A stretch of DNA of 19,847 nt from an uncultured archaeon (GCA_964645535.1 CAZYCQ010000060.1:1-19847); one strand, 5' to 3'. Shown: positions 1 through 9,412, numbered from the stretch's first letter. Notes: generated from the sequence alone by a model not told the origin. A program made the numbers and translations.

Positions 1-29
1 TCCCACCAGACCTGGCTCCTACGGGGGCT
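1..29. repeat. Partial copy of a hairpin repeat also found at 3211-3241 (truncated by the window start)
   Basis: TCCCACCAG-n5-GCTCC-TACG-GGGGC (1-28) matches TCCCACCAG-n8-GCTCC-TACG-GGAGC (3211-3241). The stem-loop is preserved through a G-T wobble. Confidence 0.7.
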
Positions 30-274
30 TACACTCATCCAGTACAAAATTGAATATGATCATAGTGAATGAATTGTTTTAAGCTGAAGTGTTAATTTGA
101 ATGAATTGAATGTATCTTAACGTGAATTCTAGTTCTGGTTCAACATAGGGATGGACGGATTGGTTCATGATTAGGGATAGTTTACAAAATTGATTTTGAA
201 AATGTTATAAAAAAATAAGGGAAAAACATAATATTTCTAGATTTTTATTGGTTTATAGGGAACGTGAAATTTAC

Positions 275-1543
275 ATGACAGATAACGGATATTTTCAAAG
301 GTATTTTATTAATTTTGATGAAGATATAACAGGTTTATTTTCAGAGAATGAGATCTTAAAATCCTTACTAGAATTATCAAGAAGGATTGCCATAGAGTTA
401 CAGGAAGAAAGATTTTCTGCCTTACACCATAGATTTAGGCTTGATGATATAAAACTTAAGGCAGTAGGATTGGGGAATGCGCAGAAAGATACCTATGATA
501 AAATTGCAAATTATGCATCTTATCTTTTTGCATTCCAACAATACTTTCATAGTTCATACAGGGCTAGGCAAGGAAGTGTCCTTGAAAACGTAATTAGTGT
601 CGGAATCAAACTCGCAAAACTAGAGAATTATAAAGTTGTGGAAAAAAAGAAGAGAAAATCAACTTTAATTTCTTTTTTCGGCCTAGAGAAAAATATCAAA
701 CTAGATATGGATGTAGTTATTTATTCTGAATCTAAGAAATTCATAATGCCAATCCAAATCAGGTCAAGAGATGATACCGGCGGTACTACGGCAAAGGCAT
801 CAAACGTAGACTATTTAAACGAAGTTTTAAAGCACTTTTTAAAGGATCAGAACCTTGAATCATGGATTGAAGAGAAAAAAAAAGCGGTTTTTGTAATTTT
901 AGTCTGGGAACCGTTAGATAAAAAACAAGCTAATTCGATGAAAAAAAAGATTTGGCAATCACTAGAACAGAGCTTGGTTCAATTCGATGAAAATATCAAT
1001 GAACAAGACTTTATCAATCACCTTGATGAAGGTTTTAAGATATCCCAATCCAATGTAACTTTGAAAACAATTTACGGTTTTGAGGAGTTTATGAATTTTC
1101 TTTCTTTTGAGTTTGAATCGAAGGAAATTGCAGAAATTCTTTCAAGAGTATGGAAATCTCTGGAAAATTGGGATGACCTTTGGTTGACATATACGATTGC
1201 TTCATTGGAATTTCCCCTCTTGAGTACCTATGGTAAAACAAATCTAGAAATAGTAAAAAACGGTTTAAAAAATGCGAATATTGAAATTTTGGAATACGAA
1301 CCGAGACAAATAATTGAATTGTCAAAAGATTGGGCATCAAAAATTGCAGCACATATAAAGGAGGAAAAATTTCCAACTATTGTGTCAAATATGCAAGAAA
1401 GAATGAATTATATCAGAGATCTCATTCTTGTTCTTGCTTTGAAACTCGTTGCAACTGAAAATGATTATAAACGGTTGAGAGAATTCCACAAAGATTTTTT
1501 CAATACAAAACTTAATTTTTTTGTTCCAAAAGACGATCAATAA
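275..1543 (+). CDS. Putative type II restriction endonuclease (divergent PD-(D/E)XK-like)
   Basis: Long AT-rich ORF convergent with, and overlapping by 32 bp, a DNA methyltransferase. Candidate core: GSVLE...DMD-x14-QIR. ATG 275 preferred over TTG 248. Function is inferred mainly from context. Confidence 0.55.
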   Translation: MTDNGYFQRYFINFDEDITGLFSENEILKSLLELSRRIAIELQEERFSALHHRFRLDDIKLKAVGLGNAQKDTYDKIANYASYLFAFQQYFHSSYRARQGSVLENVISVGIKLAKLENYKVVEKKKRKSTLISFFGLEKNIKLDMDVVIYSESKKFIMPIQIRSRDDTGGTTAKASNVDYLNEVLKHFLKDQNLESWIEEKKKAVFVILVWEPLDKKQANSMKKKIWQSLEQSLVQFDENINEQDFINHLDEGFKISQSNVTLKTIYGFEEFMNFLSFEFESKEIAEILSRVWKSLENWDDLWLTYTIASLEFPLLSTYGKTNLEIVKNGLKNANIEILEYEPRQIIELSKDWASKIAAHIKEEKFPTIVSNMQERMNYIRDLILVLALKLVATENDYKRLREFHKDFFNTKLNFFVPKDDQ

Positions 1544-2906
1544 TAGGATCGTGTTCATTCTCATTATAGGTTACACAAAGGGGTTGGTGTATGTTTCCTG
1601 TTTTTTTTAAAATTGTTAGAAATTCATGTTTCATTCCGTTTGGATTTGTATTTTTCCTTCCTTTGAACAAATTTTTGACTTTTATTGGATCTTTGTATAC
1701 TTTGACTATTTCAAATCCGTGATATGCAAGGTATTCATACAGTACTTTCCAGATTTCTATCTCAAACCCCTGCATTTTCGGATTACCAACGAAAATACCA
1801 ATAAAACCACCTTTTTTTAAGTTCTTGGAAACATGCTCTAGGCCTTTTAGTAGAAAATAGAAATAAGAATCAAATATACTTAACCAATCTTTCTTTGCAT
1901 TTTCTAATTTTTTTTCGTCAAGTGATTTCGATCGCATTCCATTCGCCTCTTCTAATGAAAGCATCTCAATTTTCCTTCTAACCATATCAATCGTAGGTGT
2001 TGAGATTCTTTCTGGTGCCTTTCTATAGGGAATTTCTAGATTGGTCAATTTACGCATTTTTGAATCCGAATAGTTCAACCAACACAAGTCAATTTTAAAT
2101 GACCTTATATATTCTTGCGCCTGCATATATGGGGGGGATGTAATTATTGCATCAATTGTTCCGTCATATTTCCAATTCAAGATGTCTTGAGGAGCAAAGA
2201 CCAAATGTTTTCCTTTTGGGGAGAGGCGATTATATTCAATAATTGCGTTTATATATTTATTACCGACCTCTTTTGCATGCTGTTTACAAATAGTCCTCCA
2301 ATCAACTTTTTTTAAAGATTCAACTCGTTTTTTGCTCTTTGGCGATTTGTAAAGTTTTGGGATTTTTTCATCCGTAGTTGCCAATTTCCTTGAAATACTT
2401 AGGCCTACGAGAAACAAAATATCCTTTATTTCATTTGCTTTGCATTCATATTTAATATAACCAAATATTTTCTTTAGAAATGGAAGAAATAAAGGATCAA
2501 TCCAATATGTAACTTTTTTCCAATTTGGATGAAATTCCTTGCCGTTATATTCAAACATTCGATCAATTTCCTTTAACAATAATGATCGCAAATTTTGAGG
2601 GGTTGATGTAATCTTGGTTTTACAATTCACTAGCAATTTGCTTATTGGGTTGATATCTAACGTTATGGAGTTCCGACCCATCAAAGAGCATTCAACTGCC
2701 ACTGTACCAGAACCTCCGAACGGGTCTAGCACTACGTCTCCTTCTTTTGTATAATTCTTTAGGAAATATCTTACGACTTGGGGAATAAATTTTGCAGGAT
2801 AGGTATGCAATCCATGAGTTGCGTATGTGGTTGTTGTGATTTCACTTACCAAATCTCTGAATGCTACATTTTCAACAGGGATTGTTAAACATTCCTGATC
2901 GTCCAT
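1512..2906 (-). CDS. Site-specific DNA methyltransferase, N4-cytosine type, alpha motif order
   Basis: HGLHTYPAKFIP, then SAM-binding motif I LDPFGGSGT, then catalytic motif IV IITSPPY far downstream. Confidence 0.92.
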   Translation of the reverse strand: MDDQECLTIPVENVAFRDLVSEITTTTYATHGLHTYPAKFIPQVVRYFLKNYTKEGDVVLDPFGGSGTVAVECSLMGRNSITLDINPISKLLVNCKTKITSTPQNLRSLLLKEIDRMFEYNGKEFHPNWKKVTYWIDPLFLPFLKKIFGYIKYECKANEIKDILFLVGLSISRKLATTDEKIPKLYKSPKSKKRVESLKKVDWRTICKQHAKEVGNKYINAIIEYNRLSPKGKHLVFAPQDILNWKYDGTIDAIITSPPYMQAQEYIRSFKIDLCWLNYSDSKMRKLTNLEIPYRKAPERISTPTIDMVRRKIEMLSLEEANGMRSKSLDEKKLENAKKDWLSIFDSYFYFLLKGLEHVSKNLKKGGFIGIFVGNPKMQGFEIEIWKVLYEYLAYHGFEIVKVYKDPIKVKNLFKGRKNTNPNGMKHEFLTILKKTGNIHQPLCVTYNENEHDPIIDRLLEQKN

Positions 2907-3202
2907 CTTTCATATTTAGTATCTAATTTCGCTTTATTAACTTGTTAATTGAAGTCAACACTGTGGATTATGTTTATCATGAGAGTCATAGATGAACGTT
3001 TTTCAATTTTTTATCAAGTAATGCTTTAATTTGTTCATCCAATATTCCATCAAAATTTTAAAAAATATCACCAATATTATTGTGCAATTTTTCAATAGAT
3101 AATTCGATAGTCTTCATAATTGGTTTTGGATACATAAAAGAGAACCCAGAATTCACAGGATGGCAAGAAAAATTTGTTTTCATGGGGCTGACCAATAGGT
3201 TG

Positions 3203-3319
3203 GCGTGTAGTCCCACCAGGGCCATACGCTCCTACGGGAGCTCAAGATTATAGAGGACGCCCTTTCAAGGAACATGGTTGTGCTTTTGTGGGACTACACG
3301 CTGTTCTTGAAAGGCGTCC
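3203..3319. repeat. GC-richer palindromic REP/REPIN-like element
   Basis: Perfect 14-bp inverted repeat GCGTGTAGTCCCAC (3203-3216) / GTGGGACTACACGC (3288-3301). Second imperfect inverted repeat 3255-3274 / 3302-3319. Internal GCTCC-TACG-GGAGC hairpin at 3228-3241. Confidence 0.7.
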
Positions 3320-3409
3320 ATTTTATGTTCTTGATTAATGTATTTAAACTCGGAAAATTATGATCCTCTAGAAATTGATGATGGGCTTGTTTGTCAAAAT
3401 GGATGATAC

Positions 3410-5779
3410 CTAATTTTGATTTTCATAGATCTTGGCCATTGTCTGATCAAACTCGTTGATCCGTAAAGCCATATCTTCAGGATATATCACCTGATAAATC
3501 CGGATCAACGGATAGTCACCAGAGGCAGGAGCACCTGCACCACCAGGAGGATAACCTGAACTTCTGAAGACTTCTTTGAAATAAGTGAGTGAGGTGACCG
3601 GATGACTATCCAGATCAGGAAGAAGGCTGTCCTTCAGACCCTTGCGATCAATGAATGGAGGACGGGACTGATCAATTCCGGTCATGTCAGGAGGGGCATA
3701 GGCCATCAGATTGTAGAGAACCGATTGATAGAACTTCTCCTTGTAACCGGAACCTTGATCAAAGTAGTCACTCTCTTTGACACCGTATTGTGGTGTATAC
3801 TGCTCTGAAATACGGATCATCCAGATCGCTTTTCCGATATCAGAGGACAGTGAAAGCACACCGGCGGCTGAATACACCAGAACATATTGTACGTTGTACT
3901 TGTACATCAGATTGATCGCAGCCGATGCATTCCACATCAGCATCGTTCCGACAGTCGCAATCTGCGTAGAATTGATCGTGGCGTTGTCTACTAACGTAAT
4001 TGTTTCTCCTAAACTTGTGATGTAATAGCCATAATCCCACCACGAGACCATTACAGGCGGTAAGCTGTCCATTCCGTTTTCTTTGATATGTTTTTTGTAA
4101 GATGTATGAGTTCTCATCCATTCGAATGCTTCCATCCAGTCATCGAGTGCACCGTTAGGTTTACCATCGAGGGATGGAGTTATTTCAGGTCTGGAGTATC
4201 GATCAGCCGCGGCATTAATTCCAGCACCGACCATTATAGCGAGGAGAGCGAAAACAGTTAGGTATGCTAGGAATGTATGAGCGTTACCAATTCTTTTCAT
4301 TCTCATGGTAGCTTTTGTTACCTTAATTCTTTTGTGAGAAATAAGTGCATAAGGTATGAGGAGGTTATCTACAGCGAGGGCAGTTAGTAGTGCAGCTGCG
4401 GGTGCAAGGATTAGCATAAGTCTGATCATGGATCCAGAGAAGTAGATTGTGATTAGTCCCCAAGTTAGGATGAAGAGGTTTCTTTCAGTAGGTTTGTTAA
4501 TTGCGAAGTATAGTCCTATTGGGATGAAGAATACCATAGTAGATATATTGAAGTAGAGGCTTCCCCAAGTCAGAGGTTGATGTTCAGATACGGAGTCGAT
4601 GAGTGGGAGAGCGGATCTGCTATCTGGGAGGATGACGGATATGAATTTATCACCTATTGCTTCGAGTGCTCCAATTGAAGCGAGTGCAATAGCGGCGAGT
4701 CCGATTACGGTCAGGAGTGTGACGAATGAGAGTATGATAAATTGTCTGAACACTTTAGGTGGTAGAGTTGAGGCGAGGTTTTGTATTATTCCGAAGAGGA
4801 TGAGGAATACGATGACACCGATTGGACCGACTCCTTCAGTAGAGAGGAGGAAAGCGCCTCCAATTCTTGGTATGAGTATCATAAGCAGTGAGCTGACAGA
4901 TATTGTGATGGTATATGTTTTGACGAGTCTTTCAGAGTAGTGTCCAGTCATGACCAGAACGAGGGCGTAGATACCGATAAGGTCATATCCGAATCTGAAA
5001 GCTCCCCAGCTGGTGGATAGTAGGAAGAGGGAAATTCCTGCGAGGATAGCGGAACCAGCGCTATTTCTTCGGAGTGCTCTGACGAAGAAGTAGAAAGAGA
5101 GCATGGTGAATAGTACGCCCAATGCTTCATTGTCGAGGAATCCAGCGATAGATCTCTGGACGTAAGATGGAGTTACAGCCATGATGAGAGCGACAATGAG
5201 TCCCCCTCTATCTGACACGAGTTCCTTTCCTAGGAGGTAGCTTACATATACGGCGATGGTTCCGAATACGACGGGAACGAGGTATCCAGCGAATGTAAGG
5301 GTTATATTGAATCCGAGGAACTGGAGGATACTGTAGATGAATATTGTTGCGAGAGGTATGGCGATATACATTGAAACGCCCACTTCTCTTCCGTATGGGT
5401 ACCATGAGTAGTAGTCATGCCATTTGAAGAAGGCGATGAGTCCATTCTGAAGGATATATCCAGCGCTTCTGAGCTGGAACCATGGATCAAACGCCTTGAT
5501 AAGCGGATCCCAACCGAGGAGGGTCGGGAAGAGCCGTACAACGAAAGCCAAGGTCAGGATGATGATAAGGGAGACATGTTTCATGGCCGAACCTTTTTCG
5601 ACCTCATATTCTCTGAAGTGTTCTTTGACACGTTCCCCTACCCTTTCCGTTAGCTCTTTGAATCTGTCGGAATGTGTAGTCGTGCTCATAATGAAAGCCT
5701 CTGTGGGATTTTGTAAAGGAGAAACGTTCTCTAGTTGTTGTTGAAAAGCACCCCTTAAAAAATCATGGTAACGCGACAT
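3410..5779 (-). CDS. aglB: Oligosaccharyltransferase AglB/STT3
   Basis: Multi-pass N-terminal region with AFDPW, FLDNE and SVSEH; soluble domain with WWDYG, DNAT and the DK motif DIGKAIWMIRI. True start may be ATG 5689. Confidence 0.97.
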   Translation of the reverse strand: MSRYHDFLRGAFQQQLENVSPLQNPTEAFIMSTTTHSDRFKELTERVGERVKEHFREYEVEKGSAMKHVSLIIILTLAFVVRLFPTLLGWDPLIKAFDPWFQLRSAGYILQNGLIAFFKWHDYYSWYPYGREVGVSMYIAIPLATIFIYSILQFLGFNITLTFAGYLVPVVFGTIAVYVSYLLGKELVSDRGGLIVALIMAVTPSYVQRSIAGFLDNEALGVLFTMLSFYFFVRALRRNSAGSAILAGISLFLLSTSWGAFRFGYDLIGIYALVLVMTGHYSERLVKTYTITISVSSLLMILIPRIGGAFLLSTEGVGPIGVIVFLILFGIIQNLASTLPPKVFRQFIILSFVTLLTVIGLAAIALASIGALEAIGDKFISVILPDSRSALPLIDSVSEHQPLTWGSLYFNISTMVFFIPIGLYFAINKPTERNLFILTWGLITIYFSGSMIRLMLILAPAAALLTALAVDNLLIPYALISHKRIKVTKATMRMKRIGNAHTFLAYLTVFALLAIMVGAGINAAADRYSRPEITPSLDGKPNGALDDWMEAFEWMRTHTSYKKHIKENGMDSLPPVMVSWWDYGYYITSLGETITLVDNATINSTQIATVGTMLMWNASAAINLMYKYNVQYVLVYSAAGVLSLSSDIGKAIWMIRISEQYTPQYGVKESDYFDQGSGYKEKFYQSVLYNLMAYAPPDMTGIDQSRPPFIDRKGLKDSLLPDLDSHPVTSLTYFKEVFRSSGYPPGGAGAPASGDYPLIRIYQVIYPEDMALRINEFDQTMAKIYENQN

Positions 5780-5791
5780 GGATGGGATGAG

Positions 5792-6532
5792 TTAGTCTTT
5801 CCATTTTTTCCAGATTGTCAGGATGGCGATTGCCATCGGGGCGACAATGAGGGAGAGTGGGGTCTTTTCCTCATAGGGAAGGGTGGGAAAGCCACCTGCA
5901 CAAAGTTGGGTTCTGAGACGACCAAGAAGGAAAAAACCATATGTTGGAGAGGGGAATTTTTCAGCGAGATAATAAAGCACAATCTTGACAGTATAGGGGT
6001 TGTCGATTGCCCAGATCCGTCCCCTTTCTTCAACAGTTCCGTTGAATGCGAGAGGGCTATACTCTTCAGATGCATTGATGGGATAATAGTCGTCTCGATT
6101 GTCTGCAAAGGGGAATTCAATATCCACTCCTCCAGAGTCGCTAGAGGGATCCATGAGAACAATGGAAGAGGATTTTCGGTAGTACCTTCCATCATCAACT
6201 ATTCCATAATCCTCGGGATTTTCCAGCACGGGAGTGCTTTCATTAAGAAGGAGGACGGCAGTATAGTTGAGATAAGACTGATCAGAGGTTGTGTTTTTCC
6301 ATACAATGGTCACAAATGTGAACCCTCTTCCGGTTCCATTCACATCATCAGCAAGGGTGATGTTGAAGGCAACAGTTCGATTTTCCGGAGTGAAGATGAG
6401 CTTCTTTTCACCATATTCTTTCTCACTCCAATCACCATCACAGCCGAGACGGGATTGAGTTGACTGTTGAGCTTGAATCAGCACGGTTGAGAGAACGAGA
6501 AATATACCAATCAGTATCATGTATTTTTTCAT
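5792..6532 (-). CDS. Secreted, C-terminally anchored surface glycoprotein (hypothetical)
   Basis: Signal peptide MKKYMILIGIFLVLSTVLIQA; C-terminal hydrophobic helix with basic tail (WKKWKD); eight N-x-S/T sequons. Confidence 0.8.
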   Translation of the reverse strand: MKKYMILIGIFLVLSTVLIQAQQSTQSRLGCDGDWSEKEYGEKKLIFTPENRTVAFNITLADDVNGTGRGFTFVTIVWKNTTSDQSYLNYTAVLLLNESTPVLENPEDYGIVDDGRYYRKSSSIVLMDPSSDSGGVDIEFPFADNRDDYYPINASEEYSPLAFNGTVEERGRIWAIDNPYTVKIVLYYLAEKFPSPTYGFFLLGRLRTQLCAGGFPTLPYEEKTPLSLIVAPMAIAILTIWKKWKD

Positions 6533-6807
6533 GATATCACCTCAATGCAGGCGGCAGTTCCGGATTTGCGTTTTCCATGACATGCCTTTGGGAAAGCGGA
6601 AAACTGTTGAAGTCGGGATCCATTGTCATAGTCCAGTGCGATAAAAACAGATTTAAGCTTTCTGGCGACCTTTCCTTTTTCCGGTATTGGAGAGAGAGTT
6701 CGGAGAGTGTGAGAAGGAGTGATGGGGGTAGAAACCATTTTTGGGTCGGGAAATGGAGGAGGGGATGGCAAAGGGGAAGTGGTGAATAGTAGTGAAAGGA
6801 AAACAGG

Positions 6808-7323
6808 TCAGGAATGGAGTTTGTCCTTGAGACGTTTTTGGCGTCGGAGTTTGGCAGCCTCGTATCTTCTCCGTTCCTCATCGGTCTGTGGGAGGACGGG
6901 GGGTACCCTGATGGGCTTGCCGTGTTCGTCGATGGCGACGAAGGTGAGATAGGCGGAACCGGTCTGTCTTCTTTCACCGGTGTAGAGGTTTTCGGTTTCG
7001 ACCCGTACCCCCACTTCAAGCGAGGTTCTTCCGGTGTAGTTGACGCTTGCCTTGATGATGAGGAGTTCACCGACGTGGACGGGATTGAGGAAGTCCATTC
7101 TGTCGATGGATGCGGTTACGGCTCGTGTTCTGCAATGGCGGAGGGCGACTAGGCCAGCGACGTTGTCGATGAGGTTGAGGATAGCACCACCATTGATGTT
7201 TCCCAGTTCGAGCGATCCGTTTCTCCAGCTTGGATTGCTTTGTCCGGGCATCATGAGTTGATAGGTGACGATAGCAGATTCCGAGGGGGGCTTTCCTTCC
7301 ATAGAGGGTACTTGTTCTTCCAT
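6808..7323 (-). CDS. Acyl-CoA thioesterase (hotdog fold, YciA-like)
   Basis: GNINGGAILNLID, AVTASIDRMDF, SVNYTGRTSLEVGVRV, SAYLTFVAID, RRYEAAKLRR. Start trimmed to ATG 7323 (or 7302) to avoid overlap with the upstream gene. Confidence 0.93.
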   Translation of the reverse strand: MEEQVPSMEGKPPSESAIVTYQLMMPGQSNPSWRNGSLELGNINGGAILNLIDNVAGLVALRHCRTRAVTASIDRMDFLNPVHVGELLIIKASVNYTGRTSLEVGVRVETENLYTGERRQTGSAYLTFVAIDEHGKPIRVPPVLPQTDEERRRYEAAKLRRQKRLKDKLHS

Positions 7324-7370
7324 AGGTCGAGGTGGAGAGAACCCTTTTTGAGGCGATTCATCAGAGGTAT

Positions 7371-8021
7371 CTACAATCGCAAAACTTTCATCATGGTGAG
7401 GAATCCGTCGACTTCCCACACTTCGACGATGGCTCCTTCTTGAATGCGGTCGACAGGCACTTTTTGCAGGGGGGTCCATTGGGTGAGGATGATTTCGCGT
7501 GGTTCATTGTCGATGGAGACGGTTGCGGCGTAGGGGATGGAGAATTTTCCGGTTTTTTCGGGGCTGGTCTCCTTGGCATCGACATCGAAGTGGAATTCCT
7601 CCTTGTCGGTCAGTCCTTCTGTAGGGGGACGATATGCGAGGATTCGGTCAATGGTGACAGTATGTTTCTTGGGGGTGAATACATCGATGGTTTTCATCAG
7701 GTCGAAATCATTGGCAAGGAAGCGAGTGAAATAGTGGTCATATCCACCGACGAATTTCCATACCTCGAAGAGGGCTGCGGGGATGGACTTGTCCATTTCT
7801 TTTGAGAAAACGTAGTAGATTGCTTCAGGCACCTGATTGGTTCCATATCTGATGATGTCGCCAGCCTCCACCATTGACAGGAGTTTTTGTTTGGAGGAGA
7901 AGTCAAGGAGATCCATATGATAGAATGGGTATGGGGAATTTTTAAGGGAATCATCGCGTTCAGTTTTTTTTGGAGGGAGGAAGTTCTGCCAAGGGGGCAA
8001 CATTTCAGGAGTCATTGGCAA
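7371..8021 (-). CDS. Hypothetical protein, possible C-terminal OB-fold
   Basis: Co-oriented ORF with normal composition. The start is uncertain because the annotated 5' end lies in the tandem array. Confidence 0.7.
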   Translation of the reverse strand: MPMTPEMLPPWQNFLPPKKTERDDSLKNSPYPFYHMDLLDFSSKQKLLSMVEAGDIIRYGTNQVPEAIYYVFSKEMDKSIPAALFEVWKFVGGYDHYFTRFLANDFDLMKTIDVFTPKKHTVTIDRILAYRPPTEGLTDKEEFHFDVDAKETSPEKTGKFSIPYAATVSIDNEPREIILTQWTPLQKVPVDRIQEGAIVEVWEVDGFLTMMKVLRL

Positions 8022-8210
8022 GATTGAGGGGTCATTCCTAACATCCAGGAGTCATTGGCAAGATTGAGAGGTACATTCAGGAGTCACAGCCAACATTCTG
8101 GATTAATCGCAACATTTCAGGTATCATATCCAATATTCTGACATCATCCTCGACATTCAGGAGCCATTCCCACCACACAGGAGTCATTCCCAATATTCAG
8201 GCGTCAATCC
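7998..8210. repeat. Degenerate tandem array, 20-bp period, about 11 units, consensus CAGGAGTCATTCCCAACATT
   Basis: Units start at 8006, 8026, 8046, 8066 (12-nt truncated), 8078, 8098, 8118, 8138, 8158, 8178 and 8198. An exact 23-mer occurs at 8006 and 8046. Confidence 0.9.
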
Positions 8211-9308
8211 TGTTGAATAGGGAAATGCCAGTTGGAGAATGGGGGAGAGGTCTCGTATTTGGGCGCCCATTCGTTCAAATGCTTCAAGATCTTCACGATA
8301 GAGTTCTCTGAACTTGCGGGCGAAGAACTTGAGAGAGCTTCGTTGCAGGGAGGTGGCATCCTTGGTTGTCAGGATGGAGTACAGGTAGGAACCGTCCCGA
8401 TAGATGAGGATGGAACGGTGTGCAGCCAGAAGCTGATGGAAGCTTTCCTTGGTTTCATGGTCATTGGCAGTCGTATCGATGATGGTCTGGATTGCGGTCA
8501 TGATTCCTCCGAGAAGGGTGGGGGAGATGGACAGGGAGGATTCCCGGAATCTGATGGAGGCGATCGGAACCCCTACAGGGCTCAGGACAAGAATGCCGCT
8601 CAACTGGACCGGGGTCAGCATGATGCTTGAAGGGGAAATGATGAAGACAAGGCCGACAGTCAGGAATCCCACCACAATCATGAGATTGCCCAAGACTTCG
8701 GCTCCCGGATTTTCTGGAAGCCCAAAGTTCTGCAACAGGCGATAGATGCGGCTGACAAGCAGGATGACTGCCATGGTCATCATGGCAAGCTTGGTGTTTT
8801 TTACCCGGGGCGAGGGGTTTTCGACTTGGATCTTGTAGTAGCCATAGAGAAAGAGGAGGGAAACATAGAGTTGGAAGATGATGGCCAAGAGCCGGTGATT
8901 GCTGGAATAGATGTCCGTTCCGTCAGGAAGGAAAAGTCCCGGGACACCCGCCTCATTGAACTGCCAGAAGATGATGGAAAATTGGACGAGAGCATAGCCG
9001 ACAACTCCGGGATAGAGGACATAAAGCGGGGGATGATACCAAAGCATTCGAACCATATGCAGAAAGAACAGGAAATAGGTAAGATTTCTTGCGGTAAACA
9101 TGAGCTGCCAGAAGAACAGCTCATTTGTTTCTTGGGCAAGCACTGAAGAGAAGGAGAAGAGGGAGGAGGTAAGGAAAACAGCACAGAAAATCAGGTATTC
9201 CTTGATCTGTGACATCCGGAAAAGCTTCAGGAGAGGAACGGTCGGAACGAGAGCTACAAAGCCAGCCATGAAAAGGATGGTTTCGATTGTATTGAGGTTC
9301 CATGCCAC
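8184..9308 (-). CDS. 7-TM membrane protein with C-terminal longin/roadblock-like domain
   Basis: Seven hydrophobic segments in about the first 230 aa, then GILVLSPVGVPI...PTLLGGIMTAI...ILIYRDGSYLYSIL, a pattern resembling Asgard longin-like domains. Confidence 0.75.
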   Translation of the reverse strand: MAWNLNTIETILFMAGFVALVPTVPLLKLFRMSQIKEYLIFCAVFLTSSLFSFSSVLAQETNELFFWQLMFTARNLTYFLFFLHMVRMLWYHPPLYVLYPGVVGYALVQFSIIFWQFNEAGVPGLFLPDGTDIYSSNHRLLAIIFQLYVSLLFLYGYYKIQVENPSPRVKNTKLAMMTMAVILLVSRIYRLLQNFGLPENPGAEVLGNLMIVVGFLTVGLVFIISPSSIMLTPVQLSGILVLSPVGVPIASIRFRESSLSISPTLLGGIMTAIQTIIDTTANDHETKESFHQLLAAHRSILIYRDGSYLYSILTTKDATSLQRSSLKFFARKFRELYREDLEAFERMGAQIRDLSPILQLAFPYSTGLTPEYWE

Positions 9309-9328
9309 ACACTAACTTATGTTTGTAC

Positions 9329-9393
9329 CTATTAAAGGATACCAGCAGACATTTGATTCCCATCATCCCGCCCTTTGAAAAGACCTTTATAGG
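9329..9393. promoter_or_regulatory. Divergent archaeal TATA promoters
   Basis: Minus-strand TTTAAT (about 9331-9336) lies ~23 nt before GTG 9308. Plus-strand GAAAAG-ACC-TTTATA (TATA 9386-9391) lies ~22 nt before GTG 9413. Both spacings fit leaderless transcripts. Confidence 0.5.
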
Positions 9394-9412
9394 AAAAAAG
9401 AATAGCGTTAAC

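Noticed and set aside
5765-7805. Long antisense or alternate-frame ORFs (5765-6463, 6537-7070, 7332-7805 and others)
   Set aside because: Shadows of better-supported minus-strand genes.
7998-8210. CRISPR array, or a coding MTPE peptide repeat
   Set aside because: Units abut with no unique spacers. The 20-nt period shifts frame, and the frame of the downstream ORF hits a stop at 8052-8054.
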